DNA from: Monocercomonoides exilis PA203
Lineage: Eukaryota > Protista > Preaxostyla
Reading direction: 5' to 3'
DNA length: 64,000 nucleotides
Assembly (NCBI GenBank): GCA_001643675.2
Contig: LSRY02000036.1
Coordinates: forward strand, 992,001-1,056,000
The notes below the pieces were generated by a model, which saw only the letters and a program-made list of their open reading frames with translations, was not told the DNA's origin and searched no databases. The first letter of the stretch is position 1; each line of letters opens with the position of its first letter. Made by a program: the position numbers and the translations under genes. This document shows, piece after piece, positions 22,930 to 33,343 of the stretch.

Positions 22930-25900
22930 TTAATCCAGCTGAAACCTCATCTAAATGTTTTCTTATCTGCTGATCTGCTCAACAGATTCTGCAAACGAAG
23001 ATTGTGCTATTTTGGAAACTGCAGTTAGTAAGAACACTTTACTCAACATCGAAACTTCTCTTTTAATTCTTCATTAAAAATACAGGTTTTATTTTTTTCT
23101 CGATTCACTACATGGTTTCCTATCATTTCAACTCGACATTTTAAAATTCTCCCTTCGTTAACTTCGTGCTTTTCCTAAGTTCCTGCTTTTGTTGCTTTGT
23201 GAAGAAATTATCATTGAATTCCCCTCATCCATCATTCGTCTTTTGTTTATGCCATTTCTTTCCCTCTTTCATCATCATCTTCCTCTATCTCTTGATCATC
23301 CTTTTCTTTCGTTTTTGCTTCCTCCTCATTTCACTCTCTCCATCATCACTCTCATCTCTCCAGGCGGAAACAATTTCTTTTGCTTCACAAGCAACTCACT
23401 TTGATGATAAAAATTGATGGCCTTCCGCTCTTCTTCCAAACCTTCTATCTTCTCTTTCTCTTCCTTCCGCTCTCGGCATCAGCAGCAATTAAACAATGGC
23501 ATGCCCAGTTCTTCACTCCCTTGAAAGTTTGACTCATTCTGAATTCTTTTCCCTTTCTCTTCAACTTAACTTGATCTTTCCAATGTTTGCTCTCAGAGTA
23601 ATATGTGAGCGCTTCATCGAAGCTTTCTGAGAAGTCTATAAGTTCTATATTATTGGCCGTTCTGTGAGCGTTATCAATCATCAAGAATTCAGATTGTGGA
23701 ATAAGTTGCAGCTTGGGAGAAGAAGAAGAGGAAGGGAATGAAGGAGAAGGAGCAAATAGCTGAGGAATTTATATAACCCTCTTTCAAATACGATTCTGAA
23801 AGAAGAAAATCATTCTTGTTGTTGAAGAGCGCACTCAGTGACTCAGATATGGCAGTTCTTCTCTTCTCATTGGACCATGTTCCCCTGTGGCTGTTTTGCC
23901 CCGCCTTTTACTGATGTGGAGAAGCTGCATGCGTTCTTCCGGCAGTGGGTGGAGCATGAAATGGTGGGATCGGTTTAACATAAAATTAGTACTGAGGCAA
24001 TCAATGAAATCTGCAGCAAAGGTGAGTTCAGGAAAGAACGCAGTCGAGATAAAGTGGGAGAATGACTTTGTGTGCGAAGAGAAGACGGACATAAACACCA
24101 TTCTTCTTCTTCTTCTTCTTCATTTCTTTTGTGATACTCTCCTTTTCTTCATCCTCTTCATCCTCCCCTCCTCCATGTCTTCTCTTGTTCCTCTTTTTCC
24201 CAACAGGTGCATACAGATTAAGCAAAGTGCCAGCAGTTATTATTTTCGCTATGTCAGTCTCCGTTGGTGAAGCCATTATGCCAAAAAGATTTGGCCCAAC
24301 ACACCAGCTCAGCAAACGACGCAGCAGCTCTTCCTTCGTGACCGTTGACTCGCTGTTCGCTTCTTTATCCTTCTCGTTTCTCTTCTCCTTCTCCTTCTTC
24401 ATCCAGCCCTCTTCCTTCAGCAAGCGCCTCGATGATTTCCGACGCGTTGTTCCGCACAATCGCCTGTGGTGAGAACATCAGCTCGACAAGCTCGTTAAAC
24501 AGCGCCTTGTCGAGCGAGCTGGCAAAAAGCTTGAACGACTTGTTGGTCAGCAATAGAAGGATGGAAGAAGCCTTGCCACTGTTTTCAGGGCGTGGTGGGT
24601 GCAGCAGGAAGCGGATGAGCTGGAGAATGCCGTAGCGCAGAAATGCAAAGTGGAACTCGGTGCCGTTGGTGATGAACTTGTTGATTACACGAAGAGAAGA
24701 AGAGACAAGAGGGTGCAAACGGAAAATTGAATGTGAATATTATTGTGTGTTTGTGAATAACGAAAACGAATGAGTGAAAAAGTGGGGGGGAAAAAGGAAG
24801 AAGAAAAAGAATTTGAAAAGAAAGATAGAAAAAAACTTGTGAACGAAATTTCTATTAACAGTTTCTGGTAAACCTCATGTATTTGATCAATTGCTTTGCA
24901 ACAGCATCATTCAGTAAATAAGCTTGATTCACTAAGCAGGATAATTGCATAATCAAAGCTATTAGTCCACCATGATTACTATTCATCATTTGAGAGCGAA
25001 CAAAAAATTTAAATAAAGATAAATATTTGAAAAGCAAAATACAGATTAACAAAAATAAATGAAACAATTAATGAAATATATTTTATTTTATAGAAAAAAT
25101 AACAATTTTCCATACAATTCTGGTTCACTATGTGGATCATTGAGTTTAGTCCCCTCAGCCTGTGGATGTTGTCGAAGCAGCAGACCACTAACTGTTCAAC
25201 AGGAAACGCACAGCGCAGCGAAGGTGGAACATCCATTGACAGAAAAGCGCTGCAAACGACACTGGCACACAGTTCAATCACATTCTGCAACTTCACTTTG
25301 AACTAACGCCCAAAGCTGTGCTTGATGAATGGCAGTGTTGGGGAGGGAGAGGAGAAAGAGGAGAATGAAAAAGAAGAAGAAGTTGATGATGATGATGATG
25401 TGGGAAATGAAGAAGAAGTGAATGAAGTTGATGTGCTTGCAGACGCAAATGTTGAGAAAGTGAATGGTGTTTCTATAATCTGTTGATGAATCCTTCTTCG
25501 ATTTTTGATTTCAGGAAGAAAATCTGAGCAAAAAGTGGTTAGAATCTTCACAGGCTTATTTTTCGTCTCAGCTTCTTTCTTCTTCTTTTATGAGAAACCT
25601 TTTTTCTGTGCCTTTTTTATGCATCTGCCAAATCCTTCTTTTCCTTTTTCTCTTCCTTCTCAATATCCGCACGAATTCCCTAGCTTGCTGTACATGTTGC
25701 GTGGTTCAGAAGGATGCTTTGTGGCTCAAATATATCCCCCGTAGCTTTCATGTTGCTGCTTGCAAATACACCTGCATTGCTCAACTGTCCTTCACAAGAA
25801 TCGCTCGAGGTGTCGGTATAGTCACAAGAGGTGGGAGCGAGAAGGAAGAAACAGAAAAAGAAGGAGAGGAAGAAGACATTTTTGATAAAGAGGTAGTGCT

Positions 25901-27415
25901 TGGGATAGATATGTCGAGTGTCTTCTTTGCGACCGAAAAGAAGTCAGTGAAGGGAGATGAAGGATTGAGTGGCTTCGGTGGAGTGTCAACAAGAACAGAA
26001 GGAGTTGACAATTGGATGTGAAAAAAGGGAGAGAAAGAGGGGAATGTAATTATCAAGGGGAATACATTGTTTTCGGTGTGCAGCTTCGCAGAAGAGTGTG
26101 CTGTTGCACGGGCAGAATGTCTCTGCTGTTCACTTCTCTTCTCCTTCGCCCTTTTTCTGTTGCTTCCTGCAGGTGCTTTGTATCGAAAGTATCAATTTGC
26201 GATACGGAAAACTCATCGGTCTAATTTGTCTTCATCTTTGTCTTTTGTTCTTCCAGCTGATTTCCTTTTTTATGAGTTGCATTCAACTTGCATTTGTATA
26301 TCTCTTTTTTTGCCTCTTCCATTTGAACATGCAATCATCTCTCTTCGCTCCTTGGAAGTGTAATAAACCGAGAAAATAATTGCGATGTGCTTAAAAGATC
26401 ATATCCCCTTCTCAAACACATTCACACATTCAGCACAGCCGGAGTGTGGAAGCCGTACGAAGTGCTTAAGGATAGCGGAATGTGCTGCTGCAAAAGAGGA
26501 AAGCAGTTCAAATGCGCGTCCAGCAATCCAACAGAAGGCATTTGAAGCGATAATGTCGATGTTAAGAGAAAGAAAACTGAATGAAATAACGATTGGTGTG
26601 TGCAATCAAGCTGCCGATTGAACAGTTAACGCAAATTTGAATATCGATGACTTAATCCAATGCGAAATGTGAAGAAATATCAAAGAGAAAGGAGAAGAAG
26701 GCGAAGAAGAGGCAAAGACGAAGTTCAAGTCGAAAAATGTGAATATATGTGGTGATAGAGAAATGCGCAATCCGTCAACTGGCGTTTCTGAAGAAGATAG
26801 AGAGGATACTTTGCGTGAAGTCGTTGATAAACCAAATCGTCTAGCTTGTTGGATAAACTTCAGATTGGTAAGAAAAAATTCAATCACAAAATTTTTGACA
26901 AACAGATTGTGGAAATCAATCTTGCTGTATTTCTTTGTAGTCTATTAACTTTCTTAATGCGATGTCCTCTTCTTCCTCTTCAAAAATAAAATATGTTGAT
27001 GTCTCATAATTTCTTTTCTTTTCTATTTTTCCTCTTCCATTCATCTCTTCTTTTACTCTGAAAAGTATCAAACTCTTCCTTTTCTTCACATTTCGCAATT
27101 TCTTCCAAAAAATCTTCTCCTCTCATAAAAAATACCCCTCTCCCATTTGAAAGCTTCACAATAGTCCTCTTCTTTCCCGCTTTTGCCCTCTTTTCTTTCT
27201 TTTCAAAATCCATTTCTCCAATCAACAATAAGTCCCCTTCATCATCTTCATCCACTTCTCTACATATTTTCAACATTATCTTCTCCAAATCTTCATATGC
27301 TCTTTCCCCATCTCTTTGTCTCCAAATTTTCTTTCATTCAAAAACCCTTTTTGTAATATTCACTTTCAAAAATACACTCAACTCTCTCCCTCTCCCACAA
27401 ATAATCATCTTCCAT
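22930..27415 (-). pseudogene. Fragmented large gene with helical/ARM-like segment
   Basis: Chain of same-strand ORF fragments (27004-27288, 26606-26887, 26399-26605, 25781-26056, 25303-25551, 24365-24718, 24028-24459, 23445-23684) broken by stops and frameshifts. ARM-like GILQLIRFLL..ALFNELVELMFSPQAIVRNNASEIIEAL. Limits approximate. Confidence 0.55.
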
Positions 27416-27429
27416 CTATTCTCTGCCCC

Positions 27430-27990
27430 ATGTCCCTCCTGTATCTTGCGTTGATGAGATAAACATCAAATACGACTTTTGGTGGTTGAGGATATTATTA
27501 AAGGAGATGATCATGCCAAAAACAGAAAAAACACCTCTGGACATCCACCACAATGTGTACGGGCTGAGAAGACTCTCCAGTGAGATACACGATGTATTTT
27601 GTGGAGATGCATTCAGTGCTGTATTCAACCATTCTGAGGCTGAAATGGAGAGATTGATTTATTTTTGGAATGATGATGGCTGTAGAAATGAAGCTGTTTG
27701 GCAAAAAACAGTCGAAGGGCAGTTTGGTCTTTATTTATTTTCTTTATATGAATATTTGCCTGTTGACTGTTTTTGTGTTGTTTTCAGGGCAGGAGGCGGA
27801 AAGGAATGAAAATGAATGAAAGCGGGATATCTCGTTGTGCATGGTGGCTATCGAGTTGAGCCAGCAAATTCATATGGAAAGTGCTCGGGATGAAGGGATT
27901 GGGAAGGGAATTGGAGATGATATTTTCATATGCAAAAACAAGGATATTTTTCAATGATGAAAATGGAATTTGAGCAGAAAACATGAATTT
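27430..27990 (+). pseudogene. Relic of a beta-helix surface-protein family gene
   Basis: Broken frames containing GIGKGIGDDIFIC, similar to GNDIFC in the 17732-20308 protein. Confidence 0.3.
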
Positions 27991-28936
27991 CACATTTTTC
28001 TGAAGGAAAGGAAATCAACGCAATTGAAGGAACTTAGACTTCCGGAAATGAAGGTTGCTGAATTTTCTGTTGAAACATCAAAATTTGATTGGTTTCATTT
28101 AATATTAATCGATTTCAACTTTTCTTATTCTATTCTTTTTCAATAACATTATTTAACAAATATTTGGAAATGAGATTATTTTATAACGTTATTGTAATTA
28201 TTGTTATCATGTTTTTAAACCCAGAAAACTTATGTTTTGTTCTGTTCATTTAAGTTTCGATTTTTTTTTGAATAATTTTTTTAAGTTTTTTTCAAAATTT
28301 GTAATTAAAACAATTGGAAACAAATTAAAATTAACAAATAAATAATAATAATAATAATTAGAGCAATATATTTGTGAGATCATCACTTTTGTTTTTCTTT
28401 TCAAAGCAACCCTTAAGGAAAATAATTTTTGATCAAACGTCGGAATTTTTTATGATATCAAAAAAAATCACCCAATTTTTATCTCATCTGCAAATTTTGT
28501 TTATCAATATTTGAAAAATGGCGCATTTTCATTTTAAAATTTTCTTTCATTTTGAATGAAAATTTATTGATTGAAATTAATTTGAAATGGAAATAAATAC
28601 ATTTTCATGGTTAAAACCGATATTATCCAAAAATTTTCCTATGAAACAATCACATTATTGTGAAGAGATAATTCAATAATCGTGATTGAATTTTTTCTAT
28701 TTTTATTTGGTTATTCAACAGAATGAATTTTTATAAAATTATTATTATTTGAGTGATGAATTACAAAAATGAAAAAATAATTTTAAAAAATTGATTTATT
28801 GATTGTTGCAATAAAAAAAACAGTTTTCCATGAGTAATAAAATTTGATTGGTAAAAAAACAACGTGAACTTTTCTGAAATCCATTCTCGAGATAAATTAA
28901 AATTTTCGGTTTTAAATGAATTTCGAAATTGAAGTA

Positions 28937-30938
28937 GGGTTATAATTTTATCTTGACCTTTTTTTTATCAAGACCTTTTTTATAATTAATCATTAACTTT
29001 TCCCACAATTTCATATTTTTAAAGATTTTTAAGTTTATATATGAATTCAATAGATAAAAATAAATACATTTTGAAACAAACCCAATTTCGCATGGGGGGA
29101 GATGGGGGGGTTTAGCCCCTTCGTTGAACTTCTGTGTGGAATTGGAGGGTTACATGGGGAATAAAACCTTTTGTTTGTGAAAAATGTAATTTTTTGATTT
29201 TTTTTAAATTCATTTCAATTAAAAAAATAAAAAATTATTGTGATCTTAAAAATATTAATAAAAAAATGTAAATGGCAACAGAAATAAAATTAAAAGAAGG
29301 TCAGAAAAAATTACAGAGAGCAATGTCTTCACGCAAGTTCAGGAAATACCACAGTCGGTTGGAGTGAATTGCTCACATCGTTGTTGATGGAGTTGTTCGC
29401 ATTACGGATGCTATTAATTCCAAGGAATTCAGCCGAACAGGAATAAAGAACGCAGTTGGAGCTCTGAGAAAAGGAAGGCTGGTTGGTGAAGTTAGCAGAC
29501 CTGCAGCAGTAGTGGGTGAATAGGAACAAAGAGTTTTAGACATTATTCACATTGAAGCAAAGTCTGGAACATGTCTCACTTAAAAAAAACTAAAGAATTG
29601 GTTTGTTCAATTTTTATTAATATGTTTTAATCATTTGTTTTTCAGATAGAAAATGTTATAAACGACAACGATGATGAAGACGCAACATTTTCCGAAGTTT
29701 CAATGTCAGCCACGTATGGCTTTGCCAAGCGTCATCCTGAGATGATGACTGGAACGCCGAAGAATTTGGACATTAACAGACTGGCTGTTTCGTGCAGAAG
29801 TGTTTTTTAACCCTGGTATAAAACACTCGACGAGCTGCATGAAAAGTTCCATTGCAATTCAGCTTTGATTGTAAATGTCGATGAATCTTCAACGCGCGTT
29901 CCCACAGACTCAAAACGGCTTGTAGTTCATACAGCAGATTCAAAAGCAGGTTTTACGAAAGAACCACAGAGGATGATCAATTCAACATTCGTAGCAGCTG
30001 TTGCAGCGGACGGATATTCCTTTCCTTCTGTCATTTTGTGGCCAAGCGTAAACCTGCCAGATGAGCTGAAATGCCTGTTATCTCCAACGCTTGAGATATG
30101 GGCAAATGGAAGCGACTGGATGGATAACGAGTGCTTTAAAAGGCATGCTCTCACCGTTCTTCTACCTTCTGTCATCGAAAGAAGAAAGCGCATGTCACTT
30201 GAAAACGAACACATTCTTCTCCTTCTTGGTTCTCACACTTCTCGCGCAGATCCATCGATCTGGCGAGAATTCCAAAAGCAACAAGTCGACGTTTTAACCT
30301 TTGTGCCACACAGCACACACCTCTGTCAACCACTGGACAGAGGTGTGTTTGCTGTGTTCAAATCTGAACTGACAGACAAATTTGAGGCTCCATCTTCTTC
30401 TTCATCTTCCTCCAAACGAGCAGCAATTTCCGACGTTCTGCCTCAAGCCATCCACACTGCATTATCACCTTCTGTAATTCAGAAAGATTTCGTCTGCAGT
30501 GGTGTTCTGCACAATTCTTCTGGGCCAGTTCTTTTGAAACTTCCCGAATCTTCAATTTACACTCTTCCATCCCTAAGAAACAGATTCAACTTTTATGGAA
30601 AAGTGATAGCCGACGAAAATCTTTTAGAGAAATGGGAAAATCATTTGAAAATGAATATTGAAAGGGAAAATGAAATGGATGAAAAGGAGAAAGATGAAGT
30701 GAAGACTGTTGTGGATGAAAAGAAAAAAATAAAAAGAAAATTTCTTCATTTGAAAAACGATGATTCTGAAGATGAAAAGAAAGATAATTCATTAAATCGA
30801 GGTGAAGGAAAAAGGAAAGTTATTAGAAGAATTAATTCTGATTTTGTTTTCTTTTAATCATGTTGTTTTTTTTAATTTTTTTCACTTCATTTTTTTGGGT
30901 CAGAATAAAGAAAAAGGGCCAGGATAAAATAATAACCC
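28937..30938 (+). mobile_element. pogo/Tigger-like (DDE_1, Tc1/mariner superfamily) DNA transposon, about 2.0 kb, degenerate
   Basis: Imperfect TIRs GGGTTATAATTTTATCTTGACC... and ...GGCCAGGATAAAATAATAACCC. TA at 28935-28936 and 30939-30940. Encloses a transposase pseudogene. Confidence 0.82.
29272..30857 (+). pseudogene. pogo-type DDE_1 transposase pseudogene with one intron
   Basis: Motifs IVNVDES, LLLLGSHTSR (second catalytic D replaced by G) and PHSTHLCQPLDRGVF. The 5' part from ATG 29272 has in-frame stops, a frameshift near 29581 and a GT..AG intron at about 29601-29645. Confidence 0.85.
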
Positions 30939-31332
30939 TATTCATTTTCGAAATTGAATTATTCTTTTTCGAATTTGAATTATTTTTGGTGTATTATCTG
31001 AATCGAATAAGCTTTAAACAATTGTTTTCCAGGAATCAGTTCCATTTATTTGTTGTTTTGCCTTGCTTTTATTCAAAAGATATTTGAATTCTTGAGCACT
31101 TTATAAAGGATAAATAAAACAACTTTTTGCATAAAGATAATTTCAAAGCAGCTTCTGTTCTGCTCTGTAAACGAAATAAGACAGTAATAATAAAAGAACA
31201 AACTTTTGATTATCACTAAAAACTAAAATATTTGGAATTATAAAATAACCTGAAGAAATGAAATGTCTTAACATAATTTTTTTAAAACAATAATTTTTTT
31301 CAAATTTAAATTCATTTTCTTCTTTCTTAATT

Positions 31333-32199
31333 CTATTTTTCACAGCTCACATCACCTTCGAATGCGTTTCCTTCAACACTGCATTCATTTTTGCCGCGAA
31401 GCAACTTGAAGAATCCTCGATCACCCCATCCCTTCCCCCAAGAGTTAGCACAAAGCCAATAAGGCTTATTGTTCTCAACACCCCATCCAATGCATTTCAC
31501 AGCGTGATATCCCATCTTCAATGGAACTACATGATGATAAACCCCGCTTCGATAAAACATGAAATCAATGTACACGGCCATTCCAAATTCTACTGGACCT
31601 TTTGTGAAAATAGCCTCTTGAATCTCCGAACCATGGAGCTGCCGATAAGAATCGGCTTTATGACGAATGACAACAGAGCCATTTTTGCACTTTGACGAGC
31701 ATGATCCAGTTAAACCACATCCGCTCGTATATGGCATGCATTCTTCCGTTGTAATGCCCTTTTCTATTGCCCATTTCCAAGAAGTTTCAAACCGCCCACC
31801 ATTGCATCCCATATCTAATTCGTCGCACGATACAAGATCTTGAGGCGAAAGAACACCTTTAGAACATCCAACAATGTCGAATCTATCCGAAAGAACTTCT
31901 GTTAGCGCAAAAGCCCAACAAGATCCGCATTTCTTTTGGTCACGTATTGGATGAATTTTGTGGGGCCATTTTTCTCTTGAGTCAAATGTTGATGGTAGGT
32001 GATATGCTTCTTCATAAGGTTGGAAAACTTCATTAATTGGTTCTTGCATAAGCATTTCCCTTATTTGATTTATGCTCATCTTAGAAAACATGTTATCTTG
32101 AGCAACCCAACTGATAGATGGATTTGAATTAATAAATCGAACAATATCATCATCGCAAAAGCATCTGGTCAAAAAGCTTGCAAATAAAACAAAAAACAT
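31333..32199 (-). CDS. Cathepsin B-like cysteine protease (papain family C1A), intronless
   Basis: Signal peptide MFFVLFASFLTRCFC; LPSTFDSREKWP; intact QKKCGSCWAF, GCNGG, YHAVKCIGWG and YWLCANSWG. No His-His occluding loop. Confidence 0.95.
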   Translation of the reverse strand: MFFVLFASFLTRCFCDDDIVRFINSNPSISWVAQDNMFSKMSINQIREMLMQEPINEVFQPYEEAYHLPSTFDSREKWPHKIHPIRDQKKCGSCWAFALTEVLSDRFDIVGCSKGVLSPQDLVSCDELDMGCNGGRFETSWKWAIEKGITTEECMPYTSGCGLTGSCSSKCKNGSVVIRHKADSYRQLHGSEIQEAIFTKGPVEFGMAVYIDFMFYRSGVYHHVVPLKMGYHAVKCIGWGVENNKPYWLCANSWGKGWGDRGFFKLLRGKNECSVEGNAFEGDVSCEK

Positions 32200-32964
32200 T
32201 ATTAAATATATAGTCAGATAAATGCAACGGTTTTTTGAGCAACAATAGAAATTCACACTACAGTTTTCTGCGAATTTTTCGAAACTTCTCAAAATCTTCA
32301 ATTGAATTTTCAACCACTTTCTTTTTCTTCAAAGTTTGAATATTGATATTAAAAGTTTTTCAAAAAATAAAGAAATGAAAAGAAAATTTTCATTTTCTCA
32401 ATTTATCATTCTTTCTTTTCCATTCGCAAATCTAAGTTATATATCGTTAATGATCAATTCAAGAAAATGATTTTGAGTGTCAAGTTATTTTTATTGTTCA
32501 TTTATGAATTTGTAAAAATTAAACCAGAATAAAAAATAATACTAGGATAATAACTCATCATTGTTTGAATTTTTAAAATACTTTTCACAGACATCAACAT
32601 ACGCAGTTCTCAAAACAATTAGCAAAAAAAATTGCTCAAACAAACTTGAATAATTGAATGACTTAAAGTTACAGCACTTAATAAAGAAACCTTTTCTGCA
32701 TTTTTTCCTCACATTATGTTATGTCTTTAAAGAAAAAGCAACGAAAAATCCAACAAATTATTAAACAGAGAGAGGGAAATACAATCTCAATTAAAAATAA
32801 AAATAAAATTCTCATAAAAAATATATGTTAAAATACATCACAAAAGTTAAAAATAAATGTATTACAGAGTCAAATCATCTTCACAGACATTTCTCATATT
32901 CAACAACATAGAAATTCTAATGCTTTTCCTCCTTCGTTTGAAAAAAAGAAAGGAAAGAAAGAAA

Positions 32965-33048
32965 AGAATAAGAATAAGAATAAGAATAAGAAAAAGAAAA
33001 AGAAAAAGAAAAAGAAAAAGAAAAAGAAAAAGAAAAAGAAAAAGAAAA
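32965..33048 (+). repeat. Compound hexanucleotide microsatellite (AGAATA)4(AGAAAA)~10
   Basis: Read directly from the sequence. Confidence 0.9.
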
Positions 33049-33343
33049 CTGTCAAAACTCATTTGAAAAATCAAAACATAAAATAATCAAAAGTGAATGG
33101 ATAACTCTTTGTAAAATGCAAAGCAAATTTATATTCAATCATTACAGAACAAGGCAAGTCAACAGATCATTCTTAGTGGTGAGCATAAATTCGTTCAGGG
33201 GAGAACAATTATAAAAATATCTCAGGTTTATTGAATTGCTTTCAATAATCCCCTATCCACTCTCAATCATTTCTTGTGCAGTTGAAGGTATCACTTGTTA
33301 TGAGAAAGAGCAGATTTCTTGCCTCATCTATCAGCACATTGAC

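Larger units (their letters stand above)
28918..30991 (-). repeat. 21-bp tandem array B (same family as array A, inverted), interrupted in unit 3 by the pogo-like element
   Basis: Minus strand reads TA-CACCAAA AATAATTCAAATTCGAAAAAG AATAATTCAATTTCGAAAATG AATA[element]TACTTCAATTTCGAAATTC. 30935-30991 matches the reverse complement of 20856-20912 at 52/57 positions. Confidence 0.8.

Noticed and set aside
29272-29812. TAA/TAG-to-Gln recoding suggested by in-frame stops in the transposase
   Set aside because: A TGA and a frameshift also occur, and intact genes here end in TAA and TAG as well as TGA. Ordinary decay explains it.
32857-33074. RK-repeat and LF-repeat ORFs
   Set aside because: Translations of a hexanucleotide microsatellite.
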